A stretch of 64,000 bases of DNA from Bdellovibrionales bacterium (lineage in GTDB: Bacteria > Bdellovibrionota > Bdellovibrionia > Bdellovibrionales > Bdellovibrionaceae). The position numbers and the translations under genes were made by a program. Each line of letters starts with the position of its first letter. Within the stretch, counting starts at the first letter, position 1. Below are positions 18,300 to 27,503 of the stretch, piece after piece. The stretch is from NCBI GenBank assembly GCA_031370005.1, contig JANMPT010000025.1, positions 32,001 through 96,000 of the forward strand. Reading direction: 5' to 3'. Below the pieces are notes generated by a model. The model was not told the DNA's origin. It saw only the letters and a program-made list of their open reading frames with translations, and ran no database searches.

Positions 18300-19409
18300 T
18301 TAAAAGGGCGCATCCTTAAAGCTGTTCTTTGGATTGTACCAGTCTTTTCTGGGCAGACTTGCATACATTTTCATTTCGTCATCAATAAAGTTCTTCTGAA
18401 TTTGATGCATTATGACCCAGGTCAGAGACCCATTTTTTGTCTTATAGTCTCTATAGTGACTATCTTTGTTAAACCTATAGATGACTTCTTTTGCCTCCCA
18501 CTTGTAAGATTCCCAAGTGGTTATGACTCTCTTGTCTGGGTTGTTCATGGACCAAAGCTGAAAATCTTCAGTACCAAAAAAATGGAAAAAATAATTTTCG
18601 ATAAAATCGGTATCAATATTATGAGCGGCAAAATCTGATGTGTATGTCAGCATTCTGAAGTAAACGGATTGCCACTTAAGCGAAAAGTTAATCCACCACA
18701 AGAAATCCGCATTGGAAGAAACTGGGCATGGTGCCGCTGAGTAAAGGCGTTCAAACAAATCCATATACCAGGAGACAGCGGTCGGATCATGTAATTTTCT
18801 TCCGAACATTTTACTCATCTTCTGGCGATTGTATTTTGTCTTAGCGGCGTTTTCTCCGAATAGATCCATAAAATCCTTGAAAAGCGCCGAACCAAAAATT
18901 TGATCGTTATATTCCCCTCCGACAAAGAGGGCTTTTTTTGATAGAATATATGGATAGATCGCGGCGGCCTCCAGCTTTACTTTACCGCGAAGATGATCCC
19001 TATAAAAATTAGGATTTTCTGCAATCGACTCTTGTGACAACAAAACGCAGATGCGCTCTTTCTGTGCAGCACTGGCGTTTTTAAGCAAGGAAACCAATAC
19101 CAGGGTTGAATCAATGCCCCCAGAGTAAAATGTATAAATGGGCAGACCCTGCTTATCAGAGCGCTTTAGCAATTCAACCGCCCGCTCATCACAAATTTGC
19201 TCATAAGTCTTATCCAGTTTTCTGAATTCAGGTAGGGGCGAGTGAATTTTAACGTTCACAGGGACTTGGATTGTGTTTGTCCTGTCAATCAGTACAACAT
19301 TGTCATTGAAAAGCAGAAAGGTCTGATGAAAAGCACGAATTCCGGGCAGCTCTTGCAGCCTTTTTGCGGTGATGACCATGGGGTTGTACATGTAAATATT
19401 TTTAGACAT
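18300..19409 (-). CDS. Asparagine-synthetase-like PP-loop ATP pyrophosphatase (no glutaminase domain), copy 1
   Basis: FYSGGIDST, VGGEYNDQIFGS, WWINFSLKWQ, HFFGTEDFQLWS, YKWEAK. Confidence 0.8.
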   Translation of the reverse strand: MSKNIYMYNPMVITAKRLQELPGIRAFHQTFLLFNDNVVLIDRTNTIQVPVNVKIHSPLPEFRKLDKTYEQICDERAVELLKRSDKQGLPIYTFYSGGIDSTLVLVSLLKNASAAQKERICVLLSQESIAENPNFYRDHLRGKVKLEAAAIYPYILSKKALFVGGEYNDQIFGSALFKDFMDLFGENAAKTKYNRQKMSKMFGRKLHDPTAVSWYMDLFERLYSAAPCPVSSNADFLWWINFSLKWQSVYFRMLTYTSDFAAHNIDTDFIENYFFHFFGTEDFQLWSMNNPDKRVITTWESYKWEAKEVIYRFNKDSHYRDYKTKNGSLTWVIMHQIQKNFIDDEMKMYASLPRKDWYNPKNSFKDAPF

Positions 19410-20100
19410 GCGAATTTAAGTAATACTCCCGGATAAAGTCCTGAAAAATTTTATTATTTTCCTCAATAGTCGCTGCATTTGAAATCAAGTCGAAGTACTT
19501 CAATTTAATTTCCTCTGTTTGCCATAGCGCCGCCTCAAATAGTCCAAAGTGAAAAATAATCTCATCAGCGGCCTCTCTTGAACTTATTTTTTTAACTTGG
19601 GCGTATTGAAACACGAACAAGTAGTCTTTAACCTGCTCTTCGTTATAGCCCGACTTTCGAAACGCCAGAGCCTGCTCCCTGCGCATGTAATCTACGAGCT
19701 CGCCGTATTTTTCTGAATGTGCGACCCGCATTCTTGATTGTGTTATCACGCGGGAAACTCGCTGGAGGTTCTTTACCCGAGCCGTCAAAAGCAAACTGTT
19801 TTTTAGTTGCTGCTCAGTTGGGGGCCGGCTCTTCGTTATTTTTACTACGGCTCCAGATTGTCGATGATAAAGGAAGCTCAACAGCTCCTCAGGCGGTAAC
19901 GTCAGCAAGTCTGCGGTGCGAACCTTGGAGTGAAGTATGGGCTTGCCGCCAGGGATGAGGTTAAACCCCATCTCCATTTGCGAAGACATTAAGGCCAATG
20001 CAGCGCTAGTAAATGGAGTGACGCAGAGTATGCGTTTTGACTTGAGATGCCACAAAATACAAACGTTTCTTCTTGGTAAGGGCTCATCAATTTCAATCAT
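19402..20100 (-). CDS. Hypothetical protein with C-terminal helical domain resembling phage tail-fibre chaperones
   Basis: YMRREQALAF...QYAQVKKISSREAADEII...TEEIKLKYFDLISNAATIEE pattern; overlaps the start of the PP-loop gene. Confidence 0.55.
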   Translation of the reverse strand: MIEIDEPLPRRNVCILWHLKSKRILCVTPFTSAALALMSSQMEMGFNLIPGGKPILHSKVRTADLLTLPPEELLSFLYHRQSGAVVKITKSRPPTEQQLKNSLLLTARVKNLQRVSRVITQSRMRVAHSEKYGELVDYMRREQALAFRKSGYNEEQVKDYLFVFQYAQVKKISSREAADEIIFHFGLFEAALWQTEEIKLKYFDLISNAATIEENNKIFQDFIREYYLNSHV

Positions 20101-20146
20101 ATGACAGTCAGTGTCTCAAGATTAATTTTGATGAGCAATTGAAAAA

Positions 20147-21610
20147 CTACTTCCGAGCTAAAATGGTCGTGAAGTGATAATAGGCATTGATAATGTTCAC
20201 ATCACAAAATCCGATGTTTTCGAGTTCACTCATGTACCAGCTTAGCGGATAGGGGTCGAGAACTCCCCTTATGGCCTCAGCTTTATCTTTTATTTGTTGC
20301 TCACTGATGCCATTTTTTCGTTTAAAATCATGATACAGATCTAGGATAAATGGATTCCCCTGCATCTTATCCGATATAATCAGAAAGCCACCAGGCGCTA
20401 ATCCGTCATAGATATCTTGAAGGTATTCTTTGCGCGCCTTCACGAAGTGCAGGGTCCAATTTGCGCAGACCAGGTGAAAGGGCGGCTGGCCCTGGGGAAA
20501 TGTGTCCGACAAAATAACATGATCTTGGTGCATGGAGTTCTTAACCATCGACTCAGATTTTTCAACGCCCCAGGTGTCTAGAAAACCGGCCTTGATAAAC
20601 TCATCCATGGTTCGACCAATTGCTGAGCCAATGTCTAGAACTCGACAATTCTTTTTAGGATAAGCCTTACTTGCAATTTCAACGCACATACCAATAACCT
20701 CTTTGTATCGAGGAATTGACGTTAGCGCGATTTTTTCGAAATCTTTTGAGACCTTTTCGTCGAACGTCCATGAGCCGGTCCGCATTTTTTTTCCGGGCGT
20801 GTATTGAACAAAATCTTCTCTTGGAAGCGTGAATTTTCCACTTTTTAGTTCAGCGGCCAAGTCTTCAACCTTCGCCCCACTTTTTTTAAATCGCATCATA
20901 AATCGAACGGGCATCTGCCATCCTGGCATGATTTCATTAAAGGCATCATGGCGTCCCTTGATACGCGCCGGACTTATAATGCCTTCAGGGCAGGTGAAGC
21001 CGAAGTGCGCCATCACCATTTTTAGACCGCCAGGGCTGATGCGGCTGCCGATGCCTCGAGCCCTCTCTTGTCCGTTCGGCAAGGTGATGCTTTGTTTGGG
21101 TGAGAACTCAACGTAAGGGACCTCGACATTAATAGGCTTCTGCGGCAGAATTGACTCTATAAGAACCCATTCTTTCGCCGCATAACTCATCTTTTCAAGA
21201 ATGGAAAAGTAATCCAAAAATACAAACAAAACTCCGGCCATGAGAACGATGTCATACTCGTCCTCTTTAACTTTCTCAAGAAAGTCGGAGATCTCGGATT
21301 TTACTAAACGAAACTGGTCTTTTGACCAGTGTTTGCTAAGAAGAGCTTTAGATTGTTTAAGATATTCGGATTGGATTTCAACTCCGGTATATTTTTTAGC
21401 GCCATAGGACAGACACCAGTGCCCTGTCGCCCCAAGACAAGAGCCTAAATCTAAAACTTTTTTACCCTTAATGATCCACTCGGGCAACAAAGCCCCATGT
21501 TTTGCCTCGAGGGTTTCTTTTGTAACAGGCACCACAGGCCTGTGATTTCTATTATCATTTAAAAAAAAACCGGGCTCAATTTCAAATGGAGACTTTTTTT
21601 TTGCAGCCAC
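20147..21610 (-). CDS. Two-domain SAM enzyme: N-terminal CmoB-like transferase plus C-terminal CmoA-like carboxy-SAM synthase
   Basis: Two SAM motifs (VLDLGSCLG, VLDIGSAIG). The C-domain has WTFDEKV, SIPRY, NWTLHF, ISDK and HDFKRKNG, paralleling E. coli CmoA. The N-domain has LLPEWIIKGKKVLD, AGVLF, LIES and GWQMPVR, paralleling CmoB. Confidence 0.75.
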   Translation of the reverse strand: MAAKKKSPFEIEPGFFLNDNRNHRPVVPVTKETLEAKHGALLPEWIIKGKKVLDLGSCLGATGHWCLSYGAKKYTGVEIQSEYLKQSKALLSKHWSKDQFRLVKSEISDFLEKVKEDEYDIVLMAGVLFVFLDYFSILEKMSYAAKEWVLIESILPQKPINVEVPYVEFSPKQSITLPNGQERARGIGSRISPGGLKMVMAHFGFTCPEGIISPARIKGRHDAFNEIMPGWQMPVRFMMRFKKSGAKVEDLAAELKSGKFTLPREDFVQYTPGKKMRTGSWTFDEKVSKDFEKIALTSIPRYKEVIGMCVEIASKAYPKKNCRVLDIGSAIGRTMDEFIKAGFLDTWGVEKSESMVKNSMHQDHVILSDTFPQGQPPFHLVCANWTLHFVKARKEYLQDIYDGLAPGGFLIISDKMQGNPFILDLYHDFKRKNGISEQQIKDKAEAIRGVLDPYPLSWYMSELENIGFCDVNIINAYYHFTTILARK

Positions 21611-21615
21611 GAGTT

Positions 21616-21912
21616 CTACCCCTGATTCGACGTAATGTTTTTGATTTTTGGCCTAGCCTCACTCAAAATGCACCGAAAAATTTTCTGCATAGAGTCCTCG
21701 GAAAGAGGGCCCTGACATATTGACCGAACTTTTGAAAAAATAGCGTTTTCTCTAGTAGGATCAATCAAAGGGAGTTGATTGTGTTGCTTTAAGAGCCAGA
21801 CTTCTTCTACAAGTGCCGCGCGTTTATTCAGCGCAATAGCAATTTGCGCATCGAGCTGGTCAATTTCATTTCGAAGTTTTTTTAAATCTAGCGCTGTATT
21901 CCAGTTTCCCAT
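21616..21912 (-). CDS. Monofunctional chorismate mutase (AroQ class)
   Basis: LKKLRNEIDQLDAQIAIALNKRA, K, DPTRENAI and IFRCILSEAR motifs. Confidence 0.9.
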   Translation of the reverse strand: MGNWNTALDLKKLRNEIDQLDAQIAIALNKRAALVEEVWLLKQHNQLPLIDPTRENAIFSKVRSICQGPLSEDSMQKIFRCILSEARPKIKNITSNQG

Positions 21913-21987
21913 TCTCTTCCTAAGGTTAGGCTTAAATATTACAAGTTTTACAGCAAAACACCAAGCCAAATTCAGTTGGGACCTAGA

Positions 21988-23364
21988 CTATCCAAACAGG
22001 TGCTGGAGTTGCATGAGCCAGCTATGCCAGTTGGTACTTAAAATAATCGCAAGGATAATAGTCGATATTTGTAATACGTAGGTAGTAATAACAGAGGCCC
22101 ATGGCGTCCAAATCGAACGGTTATTTGACCATTGGAAAAACCAATACCTTTGAGTTATATACAACAATAGAAAATGAAGAAAAAATAAAATGACAGAATA
22201 GCGCAAGTCTGGATTTCTATAAATTCCACCATGAATGTCAGACCCGGCCCAATTTAAAATCATAATGCCGACGTCGAAGACGCCATTTTTCATGATATAA
22301 AAAAAGAAAAAGCAGACGAAAGTTACAATGAATCGACTTCGGATTAATCGCCAAAGTCTTAGAAACAGATATCTATTGATAAACTCATAATGATAAACGC
22401 TGCCACGCCGCCAGTATTCAGCAGGAGTTCTCGCTAGCCATGAAAAACTAGTTGCATCCCGTACGCGATACCCAAACAGCCTGGCAACACCGGTAATGAC
22501 ATTGAAAGCGCCGACATCAGATAAGATGAGCAGTACATACTTAACCGTGGACTTTACCAAAATATTTCCTGAACGATCCAGGCCCGCCTTATCCAATTGC
22601 ACTTTTAGATATATGATCAGATAGCCAAGGACAACGCCCCAAAAGCCTTTCCACCAAAACTGCGCTATCGCTGGGCGGTTTTTGCGCGCAAGTACCGTGA
22701 CCACGGGCCAGAGCACGCCATGGGTCGCCGTTGCTGGGTTATAAGCTAAAAAAGGATCCACAGGGCGCGGTGAGTAAGCATAGGCCAGCTGAATTGCGAC
22801 GAGCACCATATACTGGAGTTTAAATTTCCAGAAAAGCAGTAACATAGAAAACTCTTCTAAAGCATAGAGCCTGCCGCTGATATAGAGCCACGAAAACGTG
22901 AAATAACCGAGCAAAACAAGGACCCACGTTGCTCTCGTTTGTTGTTTCCGACGGGCGGTCCCAATATAATAGGTGAAAATGCTGTTCAAAGGCAGGAGGA
23001 GGGTAATCAGAACAAAAACATCAATGGGGACTTTGCCTAAGAAAAATATATAACAGTTTAAGCCCCAGGAAAGCATAGTTACGAGAGCACTATACCAGCC
23101 TCTAGCCGTGCCCTTGAAAAAAATCGAGATTCCGGCGCAAGCAAATAATAAGGGCATCACAAACCGGCTTTGTCTCACAAAGGGAAACATTCCAAACGGC
23201 TGTAAATGGGTGTTCATTTCCAAAATCGATTTAATCCAAAGAGCCATGAGAACTAATATGATTGCGGCGAAGGGAGTTGCCCACTTTAGACGGGCGCCAC
23301 AATATTCAGATAGTCGAACTTCAAAGCGTCGGAGATAAATTTCAAGCTGAGCCGGTGAAATCAT
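21988..23364 (-). CDS. MBOAT-family membrane acyltransferase-like protein (DltB/AlgI-like, divergent)
   Basis: About 10 hydrophobic segments; GVARLFGY and ARTPAEYWRR...FINRYLFLRL correspond to the MBOAT FWRRWH...YIYIPL block. Confidence 0.75.
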   Translation of the reverse strand: MISPAQLEIYLRRFEVRLSEYCGARLKWATPFAAIILVLMALWIKSILEMNTHLQPFGMFPFVRQSRFVMPLLFACAGISIFFKGTARGWYSALVTMLSWGLNCYIFFLGKVPIDVFVLITLLLPLNSIFTYYIGTARRKQQTRATWVLVLLGYFTFSWLYISGRLYALEEFSMLLLFWKFKLQYMVLVAIQLAYAYSPRPVDPFLAYNPATATHGVLWPVVTVLARKNRPAIAQFWWKGFWGVVLGYLIIYLKVQLDKAGLDRSGNILVKSTVKYVLLILSDVGAFNVITGVARLFGYRVRDATSFSWLARTPAEYWRRGSVYHYEFINRYLFLRLWRLIRSRFIVTFVCFFFFYIMKNGVFDVGIMILNWAGSDIHGGIYRNPDLRYSVILFFLHFLLLYITQRYWFFQWSNNRSIWTPWASVITTYVLQISTIILAIILSTNWHSWLMQLQHLFG

Positions 23365-23486
23365 TTTTATCTACTCCGCCCTACTGCGAGGAGCGTCAGT
23401 TTGCTTGCATAGGATATCTTTGTTCATTTTAGTTTAGATCACAACAATAGAAGAAATACCCAGCCCCAACAAAGGTCCAAAAGCAT

Positions 23487-23520
23487 AAAAAAACCCGAGA
23501 CTTTAAGGTCCCGGGTTTTT
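23487..23520 (-). terminator. Rho-independent terminator of groESL
   Basis: Minus strand AAAAACCCGGGAC-loop-GTCTCGGGTTTTTTT, about 35 nt after the groEL stop. Confidence 0.85.
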
Positions 23521-23553
23521 GAAAGTTACTCCAGCTATAAGCAGGGAGGGATA

Positions 23554-25212
<1,659 letters not shown>

Positions 25213-25248
25213 TTAAAATAGATTTCTTTAGAAATAAAAAAATAAAAA

Positions 25249-25548
25249 CTAGTGAAAGACACCAAGGACATCTTCCTCTTTCATCATCAAATATTCCTGC
25301 CCGTCGAGTTTTAACTCAGTGCCTGCATATTTGCTGAACAAAACTTTATCGCCGGACTTCACTTCTAGCGGAAGAACTTTTCCATCTTCAGTGACGCGAC
25401 CTTTGCCAGTAGCAACGATTTCACCTTTTTGAGGTTTTTCTTTTGCAGTGTCAGGAATGAAAAGACCACCTGCGGTTTTTTCCTCCTCAGCCATGCGACG
25501 AACTAAAATACGATCATGAAGTGGGCGAACGCCAATTTCTTTAGCCAT
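25249..25548 (-). CDS. groES: Co-chaperonin GroES
   Basis: [32 protein letters not shown]. Confidence 0.99.
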   Translation of the reverse strand: MAKEIGVRPLHDRILVRRMAEEEKTAGGLFIPDTAKEKPQKGEIVATGKGRVTEDGKVLPLEVKSGDKVLFSKYAGTELKLDGQEYLMMKEEDVLGVFH

Positions 25549-25590
25549 GTAAATTACCTCCGAAATAATTAGTTGATTAGATCGGGACTA

Positions 25591-25618
25591 ATATGGATCG
25601 CTCAGAGAATAAGTCAAG
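25591..25618 (-). promoter_or_regulatory. Putative sigma-32 heat-shock promoter of groESL
   Basis: Minus strand CTTGAC-N14-ATCCATAT versus consensus CTTGAA-N13/17-CCCCATNT. Confidence 0.6.
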
Positions 25619-25674
25619 GTCCATAGGCTAATAAATGTCATGGCACAATGCGGAAATTGAGGGGTTTCAAGGAC

Positions 25675-26256
25675 TTATTTAAACCTGTCAGAGCTTAAAG
25701 CATTGGCGCTGGGGGCTAACTCTGGAGAGTGTGCTCCAAAAACGCTATTCGCGTAGGCAGCCATAAGTTCTGCAATTTCCTCTGCAGTTAACTTACCTGC
25801 GATCTCATTGAAGGCGGATTTTTTGTCTTGTAACTTTGTCAAATAACCCACGAAATAATCCGTAACAGACAGATCTTTGGCCATTTCAAGTGTGGACTGA
25901 TCCTGTTGTAGTTGGCTCTCAAGCGCCTCTGTATTTGCTCCTGAGCCGGCCTCAAGGGCATCTTTAGCTTTACGATGATGTAGATTTGGATCTTTCGAGC
26001 GGACGATTTGAATTTTTGTTTTGGTTTCAATCACCTTAATCAAGGCGTCTTGAACTTTCTCGCTTTTCCATTCGCGATAGCTTTTTGCCTTGAGAGACTC
26101 AAGAACAGTGGAGGGGGCCCCCAACGGAGCTGTAGTTCTTAAGGACTCATGGGTGAGGGCTGCGGCCCTGGATCTGGCGCCAGAGAAGGCTATGGTAAAT
26201 AGTATAAAAGCCAGTAAGGGCAGTTGATTTTTTAGGTGCATGAACGGCCTCCGCAA
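25675..26256 (-). CDS. Secreted helical hypothetical protein
   Basis: Signal-peptide-like N-terminus and a coiled-coil character. Confidence 0.65.
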   Translation of the reverse strand: MRRPFMHLKNQLPLLAFILFTIAFSGARSRAAALTHESLRTTAPLGAPSTVLESLKAKSYREWKSEKVQDALIKVIETKTKIQIVRSKDPNLHHRKAKDALEAGSGANTEALESQLQQDQSTLEMAKDLSVTDYFVGYLTKLQDKKSAFNEIAGKLTAEEIAELMAAYANSVFGAHSPELAPSANALSSDRFK

Positions 26257-26408
26257 AATACGTACAAGTAGTCGTCAGAACACCTTCAATGTTTATGCCC
26301 TCGTTGAATCGCCTTAGATCAGCTATAGATGACTTGAGCTAAGCTATCGAGCAATTATGGTCGCTGAGAGACTAAAAATGGTTCTGGCTTGGGTTCTTTA
26401 TGAGTGCG

Positions 26409-26954
26409 CTACTGACATAAAGGAACAAGAAAGTCGCCGACTACGCGAGTGCTTCCGACTTTAGGGTTTTGAAAGTAACCAGCAATGTATCCGCCAACAA
26501 AGTGCTTATCGATGCTAGTAAAAGTGATCTCACCCTGGTCGGCCTTCATATTGTCCCGGGGCTGAGGCCTCAAGTTGAGGTCAGAGAAGAAGATTGAAAG
26601 AAGGGAGTTAAAAGGATCGTCCGGCGAAATATTCCAAGTTGCCAGCCCTTTCGGAGCTGTTAGGCGAACTTGCAAAGTTGAACCTTTTTTTTCTTTACAA
26701 GGTGCCACATTGTCCTCGTTCCAGAGCTGAACTATGAGATAGTTTGTTTGATATTTTTTGAAGTAGGCTCGGCCACTCCGAAAAACCCAGCCTTGCCCAT
26801 TGATTCGGCCTTGGGCCGGCTCCCCAGCCCCCGCCTTGCGCTGATCAGATGTGGGGGAACTCGCCGAATCCCCGGAGCTCCCAGTGGGGGAGCACGCTGC
26901 GAGAACAGAAATAACAAATAAGAATAATAGAAAAACATCAAGAGGCAATCGCAT
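26409..26954 (-). CDS. Hypothetical lipoprotein
   Basis: Lipobox LAAC, Ser/Gly linker, beta-rich domain with a Cys pair. Confidence 0.7.
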   Translation of the reverse strand: MRLPLDVFLLFLFVISVLAACSPTGSSGDSASSPTSDQRKAGAGEPAQGRINGQGWVFRSGRAYFKKYQTNYLIVQLWNEDNVAPCKEKKGSTLQVRLTAPKGLATWNISPDDPFNSLLSIFFSDLNLRPQPRDNMKADQGEITFTSIDKHFVGGYIAGYFQNPKVGSTRVVGDFLVPLCQ

Positions 26955-27024
26955 GTGATTAGAAGCTAGCTAATTTTGAGTAATAACTCAAGTTCACTTA
27001 TAAAAATATAGACATATAGCCTAG

Positions 27025-27384
27025 TTAGTCTTGAGTTTTTGGTGTGCAGGCGGAGTGCTGGAAGTAGTTGAAAAAGGTGTTGGACATCGGCACCATAATT
27101 ACAAACTCATCTTGAACACTCATTCCTATATTTGCTCCTTGGTCACAAACATAGGCGCCGCCCAGTGAGGAGTATTCGGCATACTCATCATAGGAGAATT
27201 TTAGCTGGAACGAACCCATGCTTGGAAACTGCGCTTGGACATAAGGAGGGGCTGACTTGAACTGCTGATTGATTTTGATGATCTCTGTCTTCGGCAGGTC
27301 GGTCATTCTTTGAGGCCAGCCCTCAGCAGACGCAAAGCCAGCAAATCCTAGTGATATGAAAAGTAGCATCATCATAAACTTCAT
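27025..27384 (-). CDS. Small secreted hypothetical protein
   Basis: GGAGG RBS, signal peptide (ASA|E), two Cys. Confidence 0.65.
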   Translation of the reverse strand: MKFMMMLLFISLGFAGFASAEGWPQRMTDLPKTEIIKINQQFKSAPPYVQAQFPSMGSFQLKFSYDEYAEYSSLGGAYVCDQGANIGMSVQDEFVIMVPMSNTFFNYFQHSACTPKTQD

Positions 27385-27503
27385 AGAAACCTCCATAAGA
27401 ATGTAATTCTTTTTTTTGGAGGTTCTATCACGTTGCAAGATGAATAAACAGGTAGTTTTGTGAGGATTATGTTAAAATTGGGTTGGAATCATATTAGCAA
27501 TGC

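Noticed and set aside
17249..19409. Lasso peptide cluster (asparagine-synthetase-like cyclases)
   Set aside because: No transglutaminase-like B2 peptidase, PqqD/RRE protein or recognisable precursor with a Thr(-2) leader is nearby.
20147..21610. Assigning gene symbols cmoA/cmoB (housekeeping tRNA cmo5U)
   Set aside because: The domains are fused, the CmoB-like part is shortened, the Arg199-equivalent is altered and the context is an accessory operon.
16383..23364. Canonical dlt operon
   Set aside because: There is no DltA adenylation enzyme and the MBOAT lacks the usual His; the similarity is architectural only.
23371..23427. 18-aa minus-strand ORF (MNKDILCKQTDAPRSRAE) upstream of the MBOAT as a possible precursor peptide
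   Set aside because: No clear RBS and no precursor features; an ORF this short is expected by chance.
5237..23460. Prophage or integrative element
   Set aside because: No integrase, terminase, capsid or matching att repeats at both ends were seen.
25549..25674. CIRCE (HrcA) operator upstream of groES
   Set aside because: No TTAGCACTC-N9-GAGTGCTAA was found; a sigma-32-like promoter is present instead.
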